Source: Clostridia bacterium (GTDB taxonomy: Bacteria; Bacillota; Clostridia; Oscillospirales; Acutalibacteraceae). Taken from it: a stretch of DNA of 64,000 bases. The position numbers and the translations under genes are program-made. The notes beneath the pieces were generated by a model. That model worked only from the letters and a program-made list of their open reading frames with translations, made no database searches and was not told the origin of the DNA. Positions 8,423 through 16,229 of the stretch are shown piece by piece (the first letter of the stretch is position 1; each line of letters begins with the position of its first letter). The stretch is taken from NCBI GenBank assembly GCA_017465825.1, contig JAFTVI010000036.1, positions 11,174 through 75,173 on the forward strand. Reading direction: 5' to 3'.

Positions 8423-10219
8423 TTAACCAATAAAGTTCTGAATTGTTTCACTCAGTCCGCTTACGCTGTCGCTGAGACTGCCGAAAATGCTGTCAAGAAT
8501 TGATGTTGAGGAAGTGATTTCACTGCCTGTGTTTTCGCCCACAACATCACCGTTTGCCGGAGCTTCACCCCATACCTCGAGAGTGATTTCCGTGCCTTCG
8601 TAAACAACGGAATTTGCGGCAGGTGTCATTGTGGAAACAGTACCGGCTTTCTGAGTGCCCGTGTTTTCTTTTTCAACAATATTATAAGACAAATTAAGTT
8701 TGCCCAGATAATAAACTGTTTCCGTGAATGTCATACCGGTAAAATCAGGAAGTGTAACGGTGCTTGCACCCTTGCTGTAATACAGGTTTATTGTTGAACC
8801 TCTTTCAACCTTCGTTCCGGGAGCAATATCCTGATCAAAAATCACACCCTGTGCAACAGTTGAAGATGATGTCGCCTGCAACTTGATGTGAAGACCGTAT
8901 TCATCGGCAACCTCGGCAATAAATGCGTCTGTTTTGCTGTAATTTGTAAAATCGGGGATTTCAACAACCTTTGCTGTAGTGCCGCCGCCGAAATTATATG
9001 AAACAACACCCGTAAGACCAAGACAAAGGAAGAATATGAGCATAACAGCCACAATGCTTATACTTAAAATGATTGTTGCCGCTGTGGACATTCTTCTGTC
9101 ATCGCGGGGATCGTTTACAACAACGGGAATAGGCTGTGTTGCGTTTACAACAACAGGCTGTTCTTTGGGAGTTTTGATTTCTTCATCCGATTCCATATCG
9201 CTGATAGGGTCAATAAGACCTGCAACGGCAACTTCCGCTGTGTGCTTTTTCTGCTGTTCAAAAGCTTCTTTTGAGAAGGATCTTCTGAATGCAGACATAT
9301 TCTGTGTTCTGTCCTCAGCGTTTACCTGTAATGCGCCGATGAAAGCCGCAAGCACATAGTCGGGCAGCTCTCTTGCAACGGGTGCAGGAATGGAAAGCGT
9401 ATCTTCCTTTGAACGGATTTCAGCGTCAATGGGCACAGAGCCTGTAATGCATCTGTACATTACTGAAATAAGACCGTATACGTCAGTAGCGGCAGTGAGC
9501 TCATTTTCCGCATTATACTGCTCAATAGCGGCGTAACCGGGACGGATATCCGCATCAAGCATAGCGTCAACCTTTCTCGCTTCGCTTACAGAGAAGCCCC
9601 AGGGCTTGAACTTGCCGTTACTGCAAAGGAACAATGTGTCGGGTGATATCGCGCCGTGAATAACTCCTGCGTTGTTGATTGCAGAAAGCGCATCAATAAC
9701 GGGGAATAATTTTTCATTGATATCGTCCCAGGTGAGTTTTCCGTCTTTTTTATCAAGATAATCAGAAAGTGTCTGATTGCCGTCTGCTTCTGCAACAGCG
9801 TATGCAGTATCGTTTGCTTCAAAAACATCAAGAACCGTAATAATATCCTCATTGGATTTAAGACGCATAAGAGCGTGCCACATATTGAGGAATTCGGTAA
9901 TCAATGTCTTGTATGCAGGACGGAAATCTTCTTTTACCGTGATTTTTGTTTCATTTTTTTCTCTCATCATTATTGTTTCAGGTAAGAACTCTCTTATTCT
10001 TACACAGTTGTTGGTTATCGTGTCAAGACCGAGATATGTAACACCCTCGCTGTTCTGTTCGAGAATGTCACCTACAACATATTTTCCTGCAAGAACAGTG
10101 CCGTACGCAAGAAAGGGCGCACTCTGCTCCGATTTCAGATTAAAACCGCAGTAAGGGCAGATGTTTGAGTCACCGACTTCGTTCATACAGCCTGGACAAA
10201 GATTGTTATAAAATCCCAT
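8423..10219 (-). CDS. zinc-ribbon / degenerate Ser-Thr kinase-like / TM / 2x PASTA protein (pseudokinase)
   Basis: 598 aa. CPGC..CPYC ribbon (aa 8-24), kinase-like fold aa ~40-315 with catalytic motifs replaced, TM aa ~378-406, two PASTA-like modules aa ~418-551. ATG 10219 with GGAGG SD. Confidence 0.85.
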   Translation of the reverse strand: MGFYNNLCPGCMNEVGDSNICPYCGFNLKSEQSAPFLAYGTVLAGKYVVGDILEQNSEGVTYLGLDTITNNCVRIREFLPETIMMREKNETKITVKEDFRPAYKTLITEFLNMWHALMRLKSNEDIITVLDVFEANDTAYAVAEADGNQTLSDYLDKKDGKLTWDDINEKLFPVIDALSAINNAGVIHGAISPDTLFLCSNGKFKPWGFSVSEARKVDAMLDADIRPGYAAIEQYNAENELTAATDVYGLISVMYRCITGSVPIDAEIRSKEDTLSIPAPVARELPDYVLAAFIGALQVNAEDRTQNMSAFRRSFSKEAFEQQKKHTAEVAVAGLIDPISDMESDEEIKTPKEQPVVVNATQPIPVVVNDPRDDRRMSTAATIILSISIVAVMLIFFLCLGLTGVVSYNFGGGTTAKVVEIPDFTNYSKTDAFIAEVADEYGLHIKLQATSSSTVAQGVIFDQDIAPGTKVERGSTINLYYSKGASTVTLPDFTGMTFTETVYYLGKLNLSYNIVEKENTGTQKAGTVSTMTPAANSVVYEGTEITLEVWGEAPANGDVVGENTGSEITSSTSILDSIFGSLSDSVSGLSETIQNFIG

Positions 10220-10255
10220 TGGTATACCTCCGAGTGTATTTCATTTCAATTTATT

Positions 10256-10284
10256 ATTTTATCACATAATAAGCAAAATGTCAA
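10256..10284 (-). promoter_or_regulatory. sigma-A type promoter of the pseudokinase-tldD-pmbA operon
   Basis: Minus strand TTGACA (10284-10279), 17 nt, TAAAAT (10261-10256), about 36 nt before ATG 10219. Confidence 0.7.
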
Positions 10285-10285
10285 T

Positions 10286-11884
10286 TTATGTTTCGTCGCT
10301 TAAAACTGCTTCCGCGCATCTCATTCCGTCAACGGCGGCTGAAACAATACCGCCTGCATAGCCTGCACCCTCGCCGCAGGGATAAAGACCTCTTACATTC
10401 GTCTGGAAAAACTCGTCACGCAGAATTCTTACGGGTGATGAGCTTCTGCTCTCGGGTGCTGTCAGAACAGCATCGGGCAGAGCGTATCTGTTGAGCTTTT
10501 TGTCAAATGCAACAATTGCATCCGCAATGGTGTCTGTAACAACCTTTGGAAGAACCGTGTGTATATCCGTAAAATTAACGCCTGTAGGGCAGGACGGATT
10601 TACAGCACCTTTGCGCTTTGACGGTGTGTTTTTAAGGAAATCACCAACGAGCTGAGCCGGTGCGGTATAATCACTGCCGCCTGCATTGAAACCTGCTCTT
10701 TCAATCTGCCTTTGCAGAGCAATTCCCGAAAGAGGGTGGTCATCCTCAAAATATGAGGGCTCAATGCCTACAAGAATGGCGGAGTTTGCATTTTCGCCGT
10801 CACGGGCATATTCACTCATACCGTTTACAACCATTCCGAATTCCTCTGATGATGCCGCAACTACGGTACCGCCGGGACACATACAGAATGTATATCCGCC
10901 TCTGCCGTGAAGAGGATGATTTGATAATTTATAATCAGCGGCACCCAGCCTCGGGTCGTTCCACATACTGCCGTATTGTGCTTTGTTGATAAGCTCCTGA
11001 GGATGCTCTATTCTTGTACCTACGGAAAACGCTTTCTGCTCCATTCTTATGCCTTTTTCATAAAGCATTTTAACCGTATCTCTTGCAGAATGACCTATAC
11101 ACATAACAACGGCATCCGTTTCAAGGTCTTTTGTGTTGCCGTTTCTGTCCTCGTAGGTTACACCGTGAACAAAATCGTTTGCTATAATAATGTCGGTAAG
11201 CTTACAGCCGAAAAGCACCTCACCGCCCATAGAGATAATGTCTTCTCTTATGTTTTTTACAACGCCGCCCAGCTTATCCGTGCCGATATGGGGTCTTGCT
11301 GAGTAAAGTATTTCTTCGGGCGCGCCGTGAAGATAAAGCTGATTGAAAACCTCTTTGCAACGGCTGTCTTTTATGCCTGTTGTCAGCTTGCCGTCGGAGA
11401 ACGTGCCTGCGCCGCCCTCGCCGAACTGCACGTTCGATTCCGTATCAAGCTTTCTTTTGTACCAGAATGTGTTTACATCCTTCTGCCTTTGCTCAACATC
11501 GTTGCCGCGTTCGAGAATTATTGGGCAAAGTCCGCTTTTTGCAAGAATAAGTCCGCAGAGCATACCTGCAGGGCCGAAGCCTACAATAACAGGTCTTAAC
11601 TGTGACGTTCTTTTGTTTTCGGGTATTACGTATTTATATCTCTCTTTGTGAACAACCTTGTTGATCGGAAATCTTGCGGCAATATCAGCCTCGCCTGAGT
11701 CCAGCTCCACGTCAACGGAGTATATCATTTTGATATTGTTCTTTTTTCTTGAATCAATGGATTCTCTTGAAACCTCAAAGGATGTAAAATCATTTACGTC
11801 AACGCCTATGAAATCAGCCGCCGCTTTTTTGAGTTTTTCTGTTGATTCACCCAGTTCGAGTGAAAGTTCGTTTATTCTAAGCAT
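10286..11884 (-). CDS. FAD-dependent dehydrogenase (COG2509-like)
   Basis: 532 aa with the dinucleotide fold GFGPAGMLCGLILAKSG. Overall pattern matches the ~530-aa Firmicute FAD-dependent protein family. Confidence 0.8.
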   Translation of the reverse strand: MLRINELSLELGESTEKLKKAAADFIGVDVNDFTSFEVSRESIDSRKKNNIKMIYSVDVELDSGEADIAARFPINKVVHKERYKYVIPENKRTSQLRPVIVGFGPAGMLCGLILAKSGLCPIILERGNDVEQRQKDVNTFWYKRKLDTESNVQFGEGGAGTFSDGKLTTGIKDSRCKEVFNQLYLHGAPEEILYSARPHIGTDKLGGVVKNIREDIISMGGEVLFGCKLTDIIIANDFVHGVTYEDRNGNTKDLETDAVVMCIGHSARDTVKMLYEKGIRMEQKAFSVGTRIEHPQELINKAQYGSMWNDPRLGAADYKLSNHPLHGRGGYTFCMCPGGTVVAASSEEFGMVVNGMSEYARDGENANSAILVGIEPSYFEDDHPLSGIALQRQIERAGFNAGGSDYTAPAQLVGDFLKNTPSKRKGAVNPSCPTGVNFTDIHTVLPKVVTDTIADAIVAFDKKLNRYALPDAVLTAPESRSSSPVRILRDEFFQTNVRGLYPCGEGAGYAGGIVSAAVDGMRCAEAVLSDET

Positions 11885-13136
11885 CAGTTTTCTCCGATAA
11901 ATTTTTTATGGCATTGTAGCCTGCACATCTGCCCGAGCTCCAAGCCCAGGTAAGATTGTAGCCGCCGCATACAGCATCAACGTCAAGCACTTCACCGCAA
12001 GCGAAAAGACCGTTGATTTTTTCGCACTCAAGTGTTGACGGATTGAAGAATGAAGTGTCTGCACCGCCTGCAGTCACCTGTGAATTGTCAAATCCTAATG
12101 TTCCGCTTATTTCAAAAAGCTGTGAATTTATAACCTCGGTAAGCACTGCAATATGATTTTTAGTAAGAGTACCGACGGTGCTTTCGGGAGCTATTCCTGC
12201 CGCACGGAGCTTGGATATTCCGAGCTTTTTAGGCATAAGACCCGATAACAGGTTTTCGCAAAGGAGCTCAGGGTTGCTCTTTGAACGCGTTACAATGTAT
12301 GAGAATATTTCTTCGGGCAAAAAGTCGGGAAGAGTGTTTATTGCGGCAATAATCTTGCCTTTTTTGTGCAATTGAAAATGCTCGGCAACGTGTCTTGAAA
12401 TGTTCATTACGGGAATACCCGAAATGCCGTATTCCGTATACTGAATTTCACCGCTGTCGCTTGCCACGACTTTGCCGTTCTCAACAATCATAATTTCACC
12501 GTGAGCGCGTACACCCTTGAGCGAGCCGTCTTTGTTCTTGAGTTTAACGGCAGTAAGAGCAGGGAATGTGGGCTTTATTCTTATGCCCATTGATGAAAGT
12601 AAATTGAACGCTGAACCGTCAGAACCGTGAACGCTTGAGGATTTTCCGCCGCCTGCGATAATAACGGAATCTGCATATATTTCATCATTGAGTAAAAATC
12701 CGTTTCCCTTGCGGCTGATTGACGTAACTGGAGTGTCGCATATTATTTCAACGTTCAATCTCTCAAGCTCAAAGCGGAGCGCGTCAAGCACGGATGATGC
12801 CTGCAGACTTAACGGATACAGTCTGCCGTCTGCTTCGTGAGTGAGATAAAGACCCAATGACATAAAAAATTCAACGTTACTCTCAACCGTATATTTATCA
12901 AGTACAGAATTTATAACCTTTCTGTTGCCGAAAAATTTGTCTTTTGCAGGCTCAGAATTGAGTATGTTGCATCTTCCGTTGCCCGTAGCAAGGATTTTTT
13001 TACCCACCTTCGGCAGTTTTTCAAATATAACTATTTTTATATCAAGCTTATGATTTTTTGCATATCTTGCAGCTTCTGTTGCGGCAGCCATACCTGAGGC
13101 GCCGCCGCCGATAACACACAGCGTTTTACCGTTCAT
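11877..13136 (-). CDS. HI0933/BaiN-family NAD(P)/FAD-dependent flavoprotein
   Basis: Trimmed to ATG 13136 (SD GAAAGGAA), 419 aa, VIGGGASGMAAA motif. Overlaps the downstream gene by 8 nt. Confidence 0.8.
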   Translation of the reverse strand: MNGKTLCVIGGGASGMAAATEAARYAKNHKLDIKIVIFEKLPKVGKKILATGNGRCNILNSEPAKDKFFGNRKVINSVLDKYTVESNVEFFMSLGLYLTHEADGRLYPLSLQASSVLDALRFELERLNVEIICDTPVTSISRKGNGFLLNDEIYADSVIIAGGGKSSSVHGSDGSAFNLLSSMGIRIKPTFPALTAVKLKNKDGSLKGVRAHGEIMIVENGKVVASDSGEIQYTEYGISGIPVMNISRHVAEHFQLHKKGKIIAAINTLPDFLPEEIFSYIVTRSKSNPELLCENLLSGLMPKKLGISKLRAAGIAPESTVGTLTKNHIAVLTEVINSQLFEISGTLGFDNSQVTAGGADTSFFNPSTLECEKINGLFACGEVLDVDAVCGGYNLTWAWSSGRCAGYNAIKNLSEKTDA

Positions 13137-13249
13137 TATATCGGTTCCTTTCTGTTTGTTGTAGCAATACCTTAATATTTTTATTTTACGCTTATCTTGA
13201 TAAAGTGTCAAGTGCAAATGGCTTATATTGTTTTTTTATATTAAAACAC

Positions 13250-13278
13250 TTGAAATATGCAATTCTTTGTGTTAATAT
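13250..13278 (+). promoter_or_regulatory. promoter of the 39-codon ORF
   Basis: TTGAAA (13250-13255), 17 nt, TAATAT (13273-13278). Confidence 0.55.
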
Positions 13279-13318
13279 AAATTTGAATAAATGAATTTTT
13301 GAAAGTGAGGTGTACACT

Positions 13319-13438
13319 ATGTCACTTGATATGAATACTCTTGTTATGTATGTTGATTACTTCATTAAGGTTATAACAGAGCTTATGAATAAGCTTCTCG
13401 GCTCTATGGGTCTCGGTTCACTTGAAGATCTTACATAA
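13319..13438 (+). CDS. small hypothetical protein, 39 aa (not in ORF track)
   Basis: MSLDMNTLVMYVDYFIKVITELMNKLLGSMGLGSLEDLT*. SD AGTGAGGTG 7 nt before the ATG, own promoter upstream and a strong terminator downstream. Confidence 0.6.
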   Translation: MSLDMNTLVMYVDYFIKVITELMNKLLGSMGLGSLEDLT

Positions 13439-13458
13439 TACCGCATTATAATTGATTT

Positions 13459-13489
13459 AAACCGACTTCATAAGAGGTCGGTTTTTTTT
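13459..13489 (+). terminator. rho-independent terminator of the small ORF
   Basis: AAACCGAC-N10-GTCGGTTT followed by a T run (GTCGGTTTTTTTTG). Confidence 0.85.
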
Positions 13490-13491
13490 GC

Positions 13492-13549
13492 TTGACAAAT
13501 TTGTCTACCCGTGATAGACTATAGATGTAGTCTATTGTAAATAGACAAA
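13492..13549 (+). promoter_or_regulatory. blaI-like promoter with nested palindromic operator
   Basis: TTGACA 13492-13497, 17 nt, TAGACT 13515-13520. Inner IR ATAGACTA-N6-TAGTCTAT (13514-13535). Outer IR TTTGTCTA/TAGACAAA (13500-13507/13542-13549). Confidence 0.7.
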
Positions 13550-13563
13550 AGAGAGGGACAGAA

Positions 13564-13926
13564 ATGGAAGAACTTAAATTAGGAATCGTAGAAGCCCGTT
13601 TTGCAGATATTATCTGGCAGAACGAACCCCTTACCACAAGGGAGCTTGTTGCTCTTTGCGAAAAAGAGCTTGAATGGAAACGCACAACCACATATACGGT
13701 GCTTAAAAAGCTGTGTGACAGAGGAATTTTTAAAACCGAGAATAAAATTGTTACATCTCTGATTTGTAAGGATGAATTTTATGCAATTCAAAGCGAAAAA
13801 TTTGTTGAAGATACCTTTGAAGGCTCCTTGCCCGCATTCATAGCGGCATTTGCCTCACGCAAAAAACCGTCTGCAAAGGAGCTTGAGGAGATCCGCCGTA
13901 TGATCGATGAATTCGGGGAGGGGTAG
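13564..13926 (+). CDS. BlaI/MecI/CopY-family winged-helix repressor
   Basis: 120 aa. ..EARFADIIWQNEPLTTRELV..WKRTTTYTVLKKLCDRGI.. fits the Penicillinase_R family. SD GAGAGGGA. Confidence 0.85.
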   Translation: MEELKLGIVEARFADIIWQNEPLTTRELVALCEKELEWKRTTTYTVLKKLCDRGIFKTENKIVTSLICKDEFYAIQSEKFVEDTFEGSLPAFIAAFASRKKPSAKELEEIRRMIDEFGEG

Positions 13927-13928
13927 TA

Positions 13929-16001
13929 ATGGGTAACGTTTTTCTTGATGCTATAAATCTCAGCATAACAGCAAGCCTGATAGTTCTTGTTGTTGTACTG
14001 CTTCGGTTTGTGCTGAAAAAAGCTCCCAAATGGATAAATTGCATATTGTGGGCAATAGTCGGTCTGCGGCTTGCAATTCCGTTTTCTTTTGAGAGTATAT
14101 TGAGCCTTGTTCCAAGTAAAGAAACAATAAGCATACCTGCTTACACAACCGTTCCCGATATAAACACCGGTGTTCAGCCCGTGGATAATACTGTAAATGA
14201 GTACATCAATACATACGCACACGCGCACGGTACTGATTTTTCGGATATTCAGTCAATATTGTGCATCCTGTGGCTTGTCGGTATTGGTGTAATGTTGGCT
14301 TATTCCGTAATATCGTACATCCGTTTATATAAAAGAGTGCGTGTATCTTTGCGCCTTACGGATAATATTTATCATTGCGATAATATTGATTCTCCCTTTA
14401 TTCTCGGTGTTATCAGACCGAAAATATATCTTCCGGCGGGTATTGATACTGAACAGGCTGATTATGTCATCAGCCACGAGCAGGCACATATCAAAAGAAA
14501 AGACCATTGGTGGAAACCTCTCGGGTTTATTCTGTTGTCAGTATATTGGTTCAATCCTGTTCTGTGGGTTGCATATGTGCTTTTCTGCCGTGATATTGAG
14601 CTTGCCTGTGACGAAAAAGCAGTAAAGAATATGGATAACACTTACAGAAAAGGTTATTCTCTTGCGTTGGTTGATTGCAGTGTTCAGCGCAGAACAGTTA
14701 TTGCTTGCCCTCTGGCATTCGGCGAAGTGGGCGTTAAGGACAGAATAAAATCGGTTCTCAATTATAAAAAGCCTGCATTGTGGGTAATTATCGTTGCTGT
14801 AGTAATCTGCATTGCTGTTTCTGTTTGCTTTTTGACCAACCCTGTTGAAGAAGATTTGATATACACAATCAATGACGGCTACACCACCCATAATGATATT
14901 GATGTTGAAATAACGGAAATTTCAGTAGGTGAAGAAGGTTCGTATATTGTAATGCAATGGAAAAACAACAGCGGAAAAACTATCTGGTACGGTGAAGAAT
15001 TCCATCTGTACAGAAAGGTTTTAGGCTCGGTTCCCGTTGAAGTCAAAAGCGGAAACGACTATTGGAATTCAATTGCATATGTAGTTGATGACGATTTTGC
15101 TGACAGAAAGATTATTTTAACATCATATGACCTTTCAGAAAAAGGGAATTATGTGCTTGAATTTGATTTTGACTTGGAAGACGAAGCGGCAAATTATACT
15201 GCCTATCTTGAATTCAGTGCAAGCGGTGAAGAAGATGTGGATTTCGCTGTTGTTGGCGGAGCTGACGGACCTGAAAACGTTACGGTTGATGCCGTTGATG
15301 CATTAAAAGCAAAATATCCAGATTTTTTCGGTCTTTCAACAAAAGGGGGATTGGCAGTTTATGTCTGGCAGTATTCTGAAAATGATTATTCCTGCGGTTT
15401 GGTAAGCGGAGAAAATCACGGCGCAAGCAATAAACATTGGGCTCTTGTGGCGGCATCTGTTGAAGAAATGCATATAATTCTTTCAACCTACAATATTGAC
15501 CCGTCAGAAGTGCTTATTCTTCCGTATGCAAATCCTGCATCAAGCTATCTTTATGAAATTGATGATGAATACAGAAAAAATATTAAAGCACTGTTTCCCG
15601 GATACGGCATACTTGATGAACCGCCTGCACTTTCGGTTCTTTGCGGTGAATACACGGTCGCAGGATGGCAGGGGAGCTATCAATGGACAGCAATAAACAG
15701 CGACGGTACAGGACAGACAACTTTTGCCGACAGCAGTCATCCGCTTGATATCGTTGACAGTATGACACCTCTTAAACTTGCAGAAACTTGTCTTGTCGAG
15801 TTGCAGTTTGCGGTAAATCCCGATAAAATCACCGTTTACCGTTATGATTTATCAAAAGGCAGTTCGGCAAAAGCAGACCAAACAGAAACCGACGGACTGA
15901 CATTTGAAATAAGCAGCGGATTCCTTTATGAAATAGTTGCAGAATGGAATTCTTATACGAATTATAACGGAACCGCCCGCTATGCATTCATAACTGAATA
16001 A
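13929..16001 (+). CDS. BlaR1/MecR1-type M56 membrane metalloprotease with unassigned C-terminal domain
   Basis: 690 aa, starts 2 nt after the blaI-like stop. N-terminal TMs, HEQAH zinc motif (14475-14489), another TM near aa 290, then ~390 extracytoplasmic aa. Confidence 0.85.
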   Translation: MGNVFLDAINLSITASLIVLVVVLLRFVLKKAPKWINCILWAIVGLRLAIPFSFESILSLVPSKETISIPAYTTVPDINTGVQPVDNTVNEYINTYAHAHGTDFSDIQSILCILWLVGIGVMLAYSVISYIRLYKRVRVSLRLTDNIYHCDNIDSPFILGVIRPKIYLPAGIDTEQADYVISHEQAHIKRKDHWWKPLGFILLSVYWFNPVLWVAYVLFCRDIELACDEKAVKNMDNTYRKGYSLALVDCSVQRRTVIACPLAFGEVGVKDRIKSVLNYKKPALWVIIVAVVICIAVSVCFLTNPVEEDLIYTINDGYTTHNDIDVEITEISVGEEGSYIVMQWKNNSGKTIWYGEEFHLYRKVLGSVPVEVKSGNDYWNSIAYVVDDDFADRKIILTSYDLSEKGNYVLEFDFDLEDEAANYTAYLEFSASGEEDVDFAVVGGADGPENVTVDAVDALKAKYPDFFGLSTKGGLAVYVWQYSENDYSCGLVSGENHGASNKHWALVAASVEEMHIILSTYNIDPSEVLILPYANPASSYLYEIDDEYRKNIKALFPGYGILDEPPALSVLCGEYTVAGWQGSYQWTAINSDGTGQTTFADSSHPLDIVDSMTPLKLAETCLVELQFAVNPDKITVYRYDLSKGSSAKADQTETDGLTFEISSGFLYEIVAEWNSYTNYNGTARYAFITE

Positions 16002-16009
16002 ATAAATCA

Positions 16010-16040
16010 CTCCCGAACAAACCATTCGGGAGTTGAAATT
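16010..16040 (+). terminator. terminator after the blaR1-like gene
   Basis: CTCCCGAA-N7-TTCGGGAG (16010-16017/16025-16032) with a T-rich tail. Confidence 0.6.
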
Positions 16041-16076
16041 TATGTGCTTTGGTAAACAATAATCTATCGATGTTCA

Positions 16077-16218
16077 GTAGGGCGCGTCGCCCCCGTCGCG
16101 CCGATTGATAAAAATGTGCCATTTTTATCAATAATATTATTAAAATCCGATTTGATCATTATAATCATCCAAATCGCAGATTTGGATAATTCGGAGCGAC
16201 GAGGGCGTCGCTCCCTAC
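16077..16218. repeat. GC-rich terminal-inverted-repeat, MITE/REP-like intergenic element (142 bp)
   Basis: Arms GTAGGGCGCGTCGCCCCCGTCGCGCCGA (16077-16104) and TCGGAGCGACGAGGGCGTCGCTCCCTAC (16191-16218) are imperfect inverted copies. Each arm is itself a hairpin. The AT-rich core has two perfect hairpins (16105-16131, 16167-16187). Confidence 0.55.
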
Positions 16219-16229
16219 AGTACAATAAA

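Noticed and set aside
13319-13438. The 39-aa peptide as an AgrD-like autoinducer precursor (MNTL.. amphipathic start resembles staphylococcal AgrD).
   Set aside because: There is no Cys/Ser-containing ring motif followed by a conserved Pro/acidic tail, and no agrB/agrC homologues nearby. The resemblance is limited to a generic amphipathic helix.
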